DNA of 13,774 nucleotides from a virus (Duplodnaviria; Heunggongvirae; Uroviricota; Caudoviricetes): IMG/VR virus record IMGVR_UViG_2778261448_000011, positions 1 to 13,774 of that record; one strand, 5' to 3'. Shown piece by piece: positions 7,204 to 13,774 of this stretch (position 1 is its first letter; each line of letters starts with the position of its first letter). The notes under the pieces were generated by a model. It saw only the letters and a program-made list of their open reading frames with translations, ran no database searches and was not told where the DNA came from. The position numbers and the translations under genes were made by a program.

Positions 7204-8111
7204 GCAATATCGTTGAATTCGTTAAACAGCAAGAGCAGTTATTCTGCGGAGCATTGACTGAACAGACGGTGACATGGGCTAAGGAAAGCCAGTTTGCAAT
7301 TCAGTATTTCCAGAAAAATGATTACCTGGCTAAAACAGCACTGGCAAATCCAACCAGCGCACAGAACGCCATCATCAATGTTGCGGCGATCGGCATCACC
7401 TTAAACCCGGCTAGCAAACTGGCTTATCTAGTTCCGCGCGACGGCATGGTGTGCCTTGATATCAGTTACATGGGATTGCTCCATATTGCAATGGAGTCTG
7501 GTGTTATCTCATGGGGTCAGGCAAAACTTGTTCATGCTAACGATACCTATGAGTCAAACGGGCTTGATAAAGCACCAACCCATAAATACAACGCCTTCGG
7601 TGATCGTGGTGATATCGTTGGCGTTTACTGCACAGTTAAGACGCCGGCAGGTGATTATCTAACGGAAGAGATGAGTCTGGCTGAAATTGAGGCTGTAAGG
7701 AAAACAAGCAAGGCAGCATTCAGCGATAAAGGACCATGGGTAAATCACTGGAATGAGATGGCGCGAAAGACGGTCGTAAAGCGTGCAAGCAAGTATTGGC
7801 CTAAGGCATCACGTCTTGATAGTGCTATTCACGTACTAAACGAAGAAGAAGGTGTATGGACTGAACCAGTTATGCCGCACAAATCAGAGGAAGATATCCG
7901 CGAAGATGAACGGAAACGCCAGCAGGAAATAATGGAAAAAGCACAACTTCTTTGTGATGAAATGGCTCAGGCTGAAAACATGGATGATTTGAAGCGATAT
8001 TTTGCAGAAGCATATCGCCTGACATCTGGAATGAAATTGCAGCAGAACGTACAAGCCATTTACATAGAATGCAAAGCGAAACTGGAGGTTGCCAGTGAGC
8101 AAACTATATGA
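7200..8111 (+). CDS. recT: RecT-family single-strand annealing protein
   Basis: 303 aa; KGPWVNHWNEMARKTVVKRASKYWP matches the conserved RecT core (E. coli RecT GPWVTHWEEMAKKTAIRRLFKYLP, from memory). Confidence 0.85.
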   Translation: MSNIVEFVKQQEQLFCGALTEQTVTWAKESQFAIQYFQKNDYLAKTALANPTSAQNAIINVAAIGITLNPASKLAYLVPRDGMVCLDISYMGLLHIAMESGVISWGQAKLVHANDTYESNGLDKAPTHKYNAFGDRGDIVGVYCTVKTPAGDYLTEEMSLAEIEAVRKTSKAAFSDKGPWVNHWNEMARKTVVKRASKYWPKASRLDSAIHVLNEEEGVWTEPVMPHKSEEDIREDERKRQQEIMEKAQLLCDEMAQAENMDDLKRYFAEAYRLTSGMKLQQNVQAIYIECKAKLEVASEQTI

Positions 8112-8577
8112 AATAGCCAATGAATACGCAAAATTGATGGATTCAGATTTAGAGCCAGAGATGATTGCTGACACAATAGAAGGCATGGAAGGAGAATTTA
8201 CCGATAAAATAGAGCAACTTCTCGCCATTATTAAAAATGAATCTGGTTATGCTGAACGCCTCAAGGAAGAGGCAAAGTCACTAAATGAGCGAGCCGCAGT
8301 AATTCAAAATAAGATTGACAGCATTATGGCGTATATAGCGTCATCGCTTGAAATGGTTGGCAAGAAAAAGATTCGAGCAGGTATTCACCAGGTAACAATC
8401 CGCAAACCGTCAGAAACTGTAGAAATCATCGACTCAAGCGCCCTTCCTCCTGAATACGTTGAGTTCGAAACGACAATTAAAGCCGACAAACTGGCAATCA
8501 AACACCAACTAAAAGCAGGAATAAATATCCCCGGTGCTCAACTCAAAGTTGGGAAACCTTCACTTCTTATCAAATAA
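8095..8577 (+). CDS. Siphovirus Gp157-family protein (coiled-coil, commonly paired with RecT/Sak)
   Basis: About 160 aa; LYEIANEYAKLMDSD...TIEGMEGEFTDKIEQL...VTIRKPSETVEIID...LPPEYVEF fits the Gp157 family pattern; likely GTG start at 8095 after RBS ggagg (8084-8088), overlapping the recT 3' end. Confidence 0.65.
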   Translation: MSKLYEIANEYAKLMDSDLEPEMIADTIEGMEGEFTDKIEQLLAIIKNESGYAERLKEEAKSLNERAAVIQNKIDSIMAYIASSLEMVGKKKIRAGIHQVTIRKPSETVEIIDSSALPPEYVEFETTIKADKLAIKHQLKAGINIPGAQLKVGKPSLLIK

Positions 8578-8588
8578 CGGTATCGCCT

Positions 8589-8903
8589 ATGAAAAAGACT
8601 CCATGGGAGAAATGGGAAGTCGATTTCTTGCGCGAAGTAGCGGCGACAATGCCAGTTGAAGTTATCGCTGAAAAACTGGAAAGGACTGAAAAAGCAGTAA
8701 TGGCGAAAGCAACAAGGATTGGCGCTGACATTGTTAGCCGACTTCGTGGAAGACGATGGACAAGAGCCGAAGTATCACTTTTCGGTAAGTTCTCCGCAGA
8801 AGAAATAGCAATTGCAACATGCCGCTCAATTTATTCAGTAAGAGCTATGCGATACAAGCTAAAAAAACTCGATGAAGAAAGAGCAGGCATACGAATAAAT
8901 TAA
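8589..8903 (+). CDS. Hypothetical protein with two Myb/SANT-like helix-turn-helix repeats
   Basis: 104 aa; repeats TPWEKWEVDFLREV...IAEKLERTEKAV and RRWTRAEVSLFGKFSAEEIAIATCRSIYSVRAMRYKL show the W...E...IA...R(S/T)...R pattern of Myb-like domains. Confidence 0.5.
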   Translation: MKKTPWEKWEVDFLREVAATMPVEVIAEKLERTEKAVMAKATRIGADIVSRLRGRRWTRAEVSLFGKFSAEEIAIATCRSIYSVRAMRYKLKKLDEERAGIRIN

Positions 8904-8919
8904 CATGGAGTAATTAACA

Positions 8920-9201
8920 ATGAAGCTAAACATCGACCTTGGAAAATACGTTATTACCGGAACCAAACACGACCTGATTCTTAGTGAAAGAGGAATTATC
9001 AAAGAAGGCGAGAATGCAGGGAAAGAAACACTAAGTCGTATCGGTTATTACAGCAAGTTTGAGCATCTGGTTAAAGAGTTATGCAACCGTGAAATCCTGT
9101 TATCTCAGGCGCAGACACTACAGGATATTCAGCAGCATATCGAGACTTTAGGTGTATCACTTAGCACGGCTGTTGACCAGTTCGCGGAGAGTAAATCATG
9201 A
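8920..9201 (+). CDS. Hypothetical protein (93 aa)
   Basis: ATG 8920 with RBS ggag (8907-8910); stop overlaps the next ORF start (ATGA). Confidence 0.5.
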   Translation: MKLNIDLGKYVITGTKHDLILSERGIIKEGENAGKETLSRIGYYSKFEHLVKELCNREILLSQAQTLQDIQQHIETLGVSLSTAVDQFAESKS

Positions 9202-9362
9202 GAGGACTTGCATACAATCCCGGCATTCTTCCGGCAGAAATGATTATTCGCCAACGCGTAAAGCCAATGCCATCGAGAGAGGAATTGCTTAAGAGAAATA
9301 GTTTCGGTTCTGTTAATGACAACAAATATCTGAATGCGATGTGGCGGAGTGGGAAGAAATGA
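9198..9362 (+). CDS. Hypothetical small protein (54 aa)
   Basis: ATG 9198 with RBS ggaga (9185-9189); translationally coupled to both neighbours. Not in the ORF track. Confidence 0.35.
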   Translation: MRGLAYNPGILPAEMIIRQRVKPMPSREELLKRNSFGSVNDNKYLNAMWRSGKK

Positions 9363-9790
9363 AACAAATGTCACTAATTGAGATGGATGGTTTTCTGAAA
9401 GGTAAATGCATCCCACGAGATTTAAAGGTTAACGAAACAAACGCTGAATATCTGGTGCGTAAATTTGCTGAAGCGGAGGCCAAGTGCGCGGCGCTGGCAG
9501 CGGAGAATGCGGGGCTGAAGTCTGGCGCTATGGACGAAATCAAGGTTATCAACCGTGGAGGTCAGGCATATTGCGTAAAAGATGGAGTGCTAGTTAATCC
9601 CATGTATGCAAGAGGGTGGAATGACTATCGCGCAAAGTCTCTGCAATCAGACACCCCAGCCACCGATGCTTTCCTGGCTGAAATTCGTGCACAGGGGGTT
9701 GAGATGTTTGCTGACAATCTGTTGTGTCCAGACCTTGATGACACTATCCGTGACTTTGCTTCCCAGCTTCGCAAAGGAGTGCGGTCATGA
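9359..9790 (+). CDS. Hypothetical protein (about 143 aa; start ambiguous between GTG 9341, ATG 9359 and ATG 9368)
   Basis: Six-frame ORF 9341-9790; ATG 9359 overlaps the upstream stop; stop overlaps the next start (ATGA at 9787). Confidence 0.5.
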   Translation: MKQMSLIEMDGFLKGKCIPRDLKVNETNAEYLVRKFAEAEAKCAALAAENAGLKSGAMDEIKVINRGGQAYCVKDGVLVNPMYARGWNDYRAKSLQSDTPATDAFLAEIRAQGVEMFADNLLCPDLDDTIRDFASQLRKGVRS

Positions 9791-10467
9791 GCAACATCGA
9801 CACACTGGCGCTGCGTGAGATAGCAAAACAGGCAACACAAGGCGAATGGGTAGCATTTATTTCGTCGGGTACTGGTACATATGCGGTGCATACACCCGGT
9901 GATAAACGATGTGAAGACGTTATCAAATGGACCGGCTTTGATGGACAGAAAAACGCAGAGAACAACGCCCGTTATATCGCAGCTTTCAACCCAGAAACCG
10001 TGCTGGCATTACTGGATGAACGGGAAAGAAACCAGCAATACATCAAAAGCCGTGATCAGGAGAACGAGGATATTGCGCTTACGGTTGGGAGGCTGCGCGT
10101 TGAGCTGGAAGGCAAAGACAGCAAAATAGCCAATCTTACCGCCGAACGCGATGCTCTTCGTGAAGGTGAGATGGGCGACGCTAGGCATAGCAACACCCGG
10201 GCCGCAGCTGATATCTACTTCCAACTGGTCGAGGAGTGCGAAATTCCTGCTGGCGGATCTCTGGTCGAGTACGTTGACGATATGCGCGAGAAGCTGGAAG
10301 CCGCAGAGAAGCGGATTGCTGAACTGGAAGCGCGGGAAATATCGCTCCCAGAACGTAGCAGCATGCTTCATCGAACAGATTTTCACGATGATTACCAAAC
10401 GGTAATGGCATACAAAGTTTCTGAAGTCATCGCTGCAATCCGCGCCGCTGGCATTCGCATCAAATGA
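9787..10467 (+). CDS. Ead/Ea22-like protein with coiled-coil segment
   Basis: 226 aa; N-terminus [24 protein letters not shown] resembles Ead/Ea22-like prophage proteins (from memory); central heptad-rich acidic region. Confidence 0.5.
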   Translation: MSNIDTLALREIAKQATQGEWVAFISSGTGTYAVHTPGDKRCEDVIKWTGFDGQKNAENNARYIAAFNPETVLALLDERERNQQYIKSRDQENEDIALTVGRLRVELEGKDSKIANLTAERDALREGEMGDARHSNTRAAADIYFQLVEECEIPAGGSLVEYVDDMREKLEAAEKRIAELEAREISLPERSSMLHRTDFHDDYQTVMAYKVSEVIAAIRAAGIRIK

Positions 10468-10474
10468 GAGTGAT

Positions 10475-10990
10475 ATGGCGTTAACACACCGCGAACTCTG
10501 TCAGATTGCGTATAAGTTCCTTAAGCGCAACGGGTTCAAGGTTTGCTTTCATGACCGCTTTATAGCTGTAACCAGTACCGGAGAACAGCCAGATGCTATG
10601 GGATTCAGAAATTCAGCATCATGCCTGATAGAGGCGAAGTGTTCTCGTGCTGACTTGTTGGCAGATAGAAAAAAGCGTTTCCGTAAAAATCCGTCTCTTG
10701 GAATGGGCGACTGGCGATTCTTTATTAGCGAGCCGGGAATTATTTCAATTGAGGATTTACCACCTGGCTGGGGATTACTTCACGTTGTTAACGGAAGAGT
10801 ACGGAAAGTACATGGGTGGCCCAAGGGTAATTGCTGTTGGGGTAATCCTGACGATAAGCCATTTACTGGAAATAAGCAGGTTGAATGCGATTACATGTTA
10901 TCTGCATTAAGGCGCATGGAGTTGAGAGGGCACCTTAATGAAATATATGACGGTGTAATTGTTAATAAGAAAGAAGGAAACGCGGCATGA
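10475..10990 (+). CDS. Putative PD-(D/E)xK-fold nuclease-like protein
   Basis: 171 aa; candidate motif D (QPDAMGF) followed 13 residues later by ExK (IEAK), spacing typical of PD-(D/E)xK nucleases. Confidence 0.45.
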   Translation: MALTHRELCQIAYKFLKRNGFKVCFHDRFIAVTSTGEQPDAMGFRNSASCLIEAKCSRADLLADRKKRFRKNPSLGMGDWRFFISEPGIISIEDLPPGWGLLHVVNGRVRKVHGWPKGNCCWGNPDDKPFTGNKQVECDYMLSALRRMELRGHLNEIYDGVIVNKKEGNAA

Positions 10991-11667
10991 ATTCTATTAC
11001 CAAAGAACGTATCGAATTATTCATTAAAAATCCGCTTGATAACGGACTTACTCGTGGCGAACAAATGGAACTGGCACGGATTGCGCTGGCATCGCTGGAA
11101 GCAGATCCAGTTGCTTATATTTTCAAACATCCGGCTGGAAAATTATTCTGGGCTTTAACGGATGAAAGCAATAAAGAGCAATCGGACGTTATTCCTGTTT
11201 ATGCTGCCGCGCCTGCGCCGGTTGTGCCGGATAATGCATCAGAGCCTCTTGCTTATGCTTACAAAGAGCTTACGCCTGAGATTATGCGCAACCATTTAGC
11301 TGTATTCGAGCGATATGGAATAGCCCCAAACGATAGCTCTACCACAATTCAGGCACTGCGAATCGCGCTGGATGGCATAGAGCGGAGCGACGCCATGCTT
11401 CATGGTGCCGAACCTGTAAGACAAACTTACAAGTTGAACCAGCTATCGGGCAACTCTCCGGTAACTCCTGATGGTTGGATAAGCTGTAGTGATCGAATGC
11501 CAAACGAAGAAGATGTTTTGGTTTATTGTTCAGATACTAAAGAGCAGATGGTAGGGTTTCACAAAGGTAAAGGGTTATTTCAATTCTTTTACATGAATGG
11601 TGTTGAGGGGGTATGTGAGCCGTCACACTGGATGCCGCTACCAGAACCGCCGCAGGAGATGAAGTGA
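10987..11667 (+). CDS. Hypothetical protein with DUF551-like C-terminal domain
   Basis: 226 aa; C-terminus ISCSDRMPNEEDVLVY...SHWMPLPEPP resembles the DUF551 signature common in enterobacterial prophages (from memory). Confidence 0.5.
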   Translation: MNSITKERIELFIKNPLDNGLTRGEQMELARIALASLEADPVAYIFKHPAGKLFWALTDESNKEQSDVIPVYAAAPAPVVPDNASEPLAYAYKELTPEIMRNHLAVFERYGIAPNDSSTTIQALRIALDGIERSDAMLHGAEPVRQTYKLNQLSGNSPVTPDGWISCSDRMPNEEDVLVYCSDTKEQMVGFHKGKGLFQFFYMNGVEGVCEPSHWMPLPEPPQEMK

Positions 11668-11951
11668 TGGACTCCTTCGCGAAATATACGATTATTGACT
11701 GGATAGCATTCCTTCAGGTTTTGCTCATCTGGTTTTATATGGCTTACAGGAGTGGGCAGTGGATTGTCAACATGGCCCGTAGCAGGGGATGGCGTTGGTG
11801 GAACCGAAAGAATAAAAAAGCACTGGCATTGGATTCGTTTTACGAAGCATTCAATCTTAACAGCCTTCAGCCTGGTTCTGTCATTGTAGTCACCACTCAA
11901 AGCGGCATGACGATACAAATTCACAAGCCAAAGGAGGAAGGTCGTGGCTAA
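11664..11951 (+). CDS. Hypothetical protein (95 aa) with one hydrophobic segment
   Basis: ATGA overlap with the upstream gene; hydrophobic IIDWIAFLQVLLIWFYMAY followed by a basic stretch. Confidence 0.45.
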   Translation: MMDSFAKYTIIDWIAFLQVLLIWFYMAYRSGQWIVNMARSRGWRWWNRKNKKALALDSFYEAFNLNSLQPGSVIVVTTQSGMTIQIHKPKEEGRG

Positions 11952-12228
11952 CCTGCAACTTGCCGTCAAAGGTGAATACTTCGATGCCATGATTCGCGGA
12001 GAGAAAACGGAAGAGTATCGCTTGTGTAATGACTACTGGAATAAGTGAATTATGTTCCGGGAATATGACCGTCTGATTATCACAAAGGGATATCCGAAGC
12101 GAGACGACTCCAGTCGCAGAATGAACGTCCCGTATGACGGATATGAAATCAAGACAATCACACATCCCCACTTCGGCGATAAACCGGTAAAGGTGTTCGC
12201 GATAAAGGTGAATATCGGCAATGAATAA
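11944..12228 (+). pseudogene. ASCH-like small gene interrupted by an in-frame TGA (12046-12048)
   Basis: GTG 11944 after a strong RBS aggagg (11932-11937) gives 34 aa, then TGA, then the same frame continues for 58 aa from ATG 12052 with no RBS of its own; LAVKGEYFDAMIRGEKTEEYR resembles ASCH-type domains. Confidence 0.45.
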
Positions 12229-12300
12229 CAATCCTCGCATTCGCGGGGATTTCTTTTATCTGAACTCGCTACGGCGGGTTTGGTTTTATGGAGATGATAA

Positions 12301-12468
12301 ATGCACTTCCGAGTCACAGGTGAATGGAATGGAGAACCATTCAACAGAGTTATCGAAGCAGAGAACATCAATGACTGCTATGACCACTGGATGCTGTGGG
12401 CGCAGATAGCACATGCAGACGTAACCAATATTCGAATTGAAGAACTGAAAGAACACCAAGCCGCCTGA
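12301..12468 (+). CDS. Hypothetical small protein (55 aa) upstream of xis
   Basis: ATG 12301 with RBS ggag (12291-12294); stop codon lies in the loop of the following terminator hairpin. Not in the ORF track. Confidence 0.5.
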   Translation: MHFRVTGEWNGEPFNRVIEAENINDCYDHWMLWAQIAHADVTNIRIEELKEHQAA

Positions 12469-12480
12469 TGGCGGTTTTTT
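12460..12480 (+). terminator. Rho-independent terminator immediately upstream of the pI region
   Basis: Stem gccgcc (12460-12465), loop tgat, stem ggcggt (12470-12475), then T6 (12475-12480). Confidence 0.5.
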
Positions 12481-12481
12481 C

Positions 12482-12495
12482 TTGCGTGTAATTGC
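12482..12495 (+). promoter_or_regulatory. pI promoter CII-binding site (TTGC-N6-TTGC)
   Basis: TTGCgtgtaaTTGC just upstream of the xis ATG (12508), as in lambda pI. Confidence 0.6.
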
Positions 12496-12507
12496 GGAGA
12501 CTTTGCG

Positions 12508-12726
12508 ATGTACTTGACACTTCAGGAGTGGAACGCACGCCAGCGACGCCCAAGAAGCCTTGAAACAGTTCGTCGATGGGTACGCGAGTGCAGGATATTC
12601 CCTCCTCCGGTTAAGGATGGAAGAGAGTATCTGTTCCACGAATCAGCGGTAAAGGTTGACTTAAATCGACCAGTAACAGGTAGCCTTTTGAAGAGGATCA
12701 GAAATGGGAAGAAGGCGAAGTCATGA
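12508..12726 (+). CDS. xis: Excisionase Xis
   Basis: 72 aa MYLTLQEWNARQRRPRSLETVRRWVRECRIFPPPVKDGREYLFHES..., matching lambda Xis; 23-nt overlap with int. Confidence 0.95.
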   Translation: MYLTLQEWNARQRRPRSLETVRRWVRECRIFPPPVKDGREYLFHESAVKVDLNRPVTGSLLKRIRNGKKAKS

Positions 12727-13774
12727 GCGCCGGGATTTACCCCCTAACCTTTATATAAGAAACAATGGATATTACTGCTACAGGGACCCAAGGACGGGTA
12801 AAGAGTTTGGATTAGGCCGAGACAGGCGAATCGCAATCACTGAAGCTATACAGGCCAACATTGAGTTATTTTCAGGACACAAACACAAGCCTCTGACAGC
12901 GAGAATCAACAGTGATAATTCCGTTACGTTACATTCATGGCTTGATCGCTACGAAAAAATCCTGGCCAGCAGAGGAATCAAGCAGAAGACACTCATAAAT
13001 TACATGAGCAAAATTAAAGCAATAAGGAGGGGTCTGCCAGATGCTCCACTTGAAGACATCACCACAAAAGAAATTGCGGCAATGCTCAATGGATACATAG
13101 ACGAGGGCAAGGCGGCGTCAGCCAAGTTAATCAGATCAACACTGAGCGATGCATTCCGAGAGGCAATAGCTGAAGGCCATATAACAACAAACCCGGTCGC
13201 TGCCACTCGCGCAGCAAAATCAGAGGTAAGGAGATCAAGACTTACGGCTGACGAATACCTGAAAATTTATCAAGCAGCAGAATCATCACCATGTTGGCTC
13301 AGACTTGCAATGGAACTGGCTGTTGTTACCGGGCAGCGAGTTGGTGATTTATGCGAAATGAAGTGGTCTGATATCGTAGATGGATATCTTTATGTCGAAC
13401 AAAGCAAAACAGGCGTAAAAATTGCCATCCCTACAACATTGCATGTTGATGCTCTCGGGATATCAATGAAGGAAACACTTGATAAATGCAAAGAGATTCT
13501 TGGCGGAGAAACCATAATTGCATCTACTCGTCGTGAACCGCTTTCATCCGGCACAGTATCAAGGTATTTTATGCGCGCACGAAAAGCATCAGGTCTTTCC
13601 TTCGAAGGGGATCCGCCTACCTTTCACGAGTTGCGCAGTTTGTCTGCAAGACTCTATGAGAAGCAGATAAGCGATAAGTTTGCTCAACATCTTCTCGGGC
13701 ATAAGTCGGACACCATGGCATCACAGTATCGTGATGACAGAGGCAGGGAGTGGGACAAAATTGAAATCAAATAA
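12704..13774 (+). CDS. int: Tyrosine integrase Int (lambda type)
   Basis: 356 aa MGRRRSHERRDLPPNLYIRNNGYYCYRDPRTGKEFGLGRDRR... with catalytic-domain HELRSLSARLY...LLGH; matches lambda Int; stop is the last codon of the window. Confidence 0.97.
   Translation: MGRRRSHERRDLPPNLYIRNNGYYCYRDPRTGKEFGLGRDRRIAITEAIQANIELFSGHKHKPLTARINSDNSVTLHSWLDRYEKILASRGIKQKTLINYMSKIKAIRRGLPDAPLEDITTKEIAAMLNGYIDEGKAASAKLIRSTLSDAFREAIAEGHITTNPVAATRAAKSEVRRSRLTADEYLKIYQAAESSPCWLRLAMELAVVTGQRVGDLCEMKWSDIVDGYLYVEQSKTGVKIAIPTTLHVDALGISMKETLDKCKEILGGETIIASTRREPLSSGTVSRYFMRARKASGLSFEGDPPTFHELRSLSARLYEKQISDKFAQHLLGHKSDTMASQYRDDRGREWDKIEIK

Noticed and set aside
5220-10411. Minus-strand ORFs 5220-5468, 7884-8228, 9129-9416, 9161-9367, 9313-9552, 9625-9891, 9744-9965, 10009-10398, 10181-10411 and plus-strand alternative-frame ORFs 7456-7662, 9606-9818, 9881-10129, 10151-10405
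   Set aside because: All are antisense to or frame-shifted within better-supported plus-strand genes of the pL operon that show translational coupling.
10647-12639. ORFs 10647-10910 (+), 11589-11990 (-), 11890-12240 (-), 12033-12371 (-), 12221-12409 (+), 12286-12639 (-), 12368-12553 (-)
   Set aside because: Overlap the contiguous plus-strand gene series, the terminator or xis in other frames; no RBS support.
13000-13206. 68-aa minus-strand ORF
   Set aside because: Antisense within int.

Overview
The window is the early/immunity/recombination/integration region of a mosaic lambdoid (pro)phage, in reverse orientation relative to the conventional lambda map. Minus strand (pR operon): cro, nutR, cII-like, a small ORF, an O-like replication initiator with internal ori iterons, and a DnaB-family helicase that ends unusually early at the window edge. 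Plus strand (pRM/pL operon): cI, an uncharacterized two-gene cassette in the slot where lambda carries rexAB, a terminator, OL/pL, nutL, an N protein with a P22-type arginine-rich motif, small membrane and hypothetical proteins, cIII-like, Kil-like, RecT, a Gp157-like protein, a run of accessory ORFs, xis and int. OR and OL are near-identical to lambda, while N, boxB and the replication module are P22-like. The strongest candidate for an undescribed system is the AT-rich two-gene cassette between cI and OL (3743-4519); secondary candidates are the membrane/hypothetical pair after N and the acidic ORF in the gam slot upstream of recT. All homology statements are from reading the translations and from memory of the lambda/P22 sequences; no database search was run.
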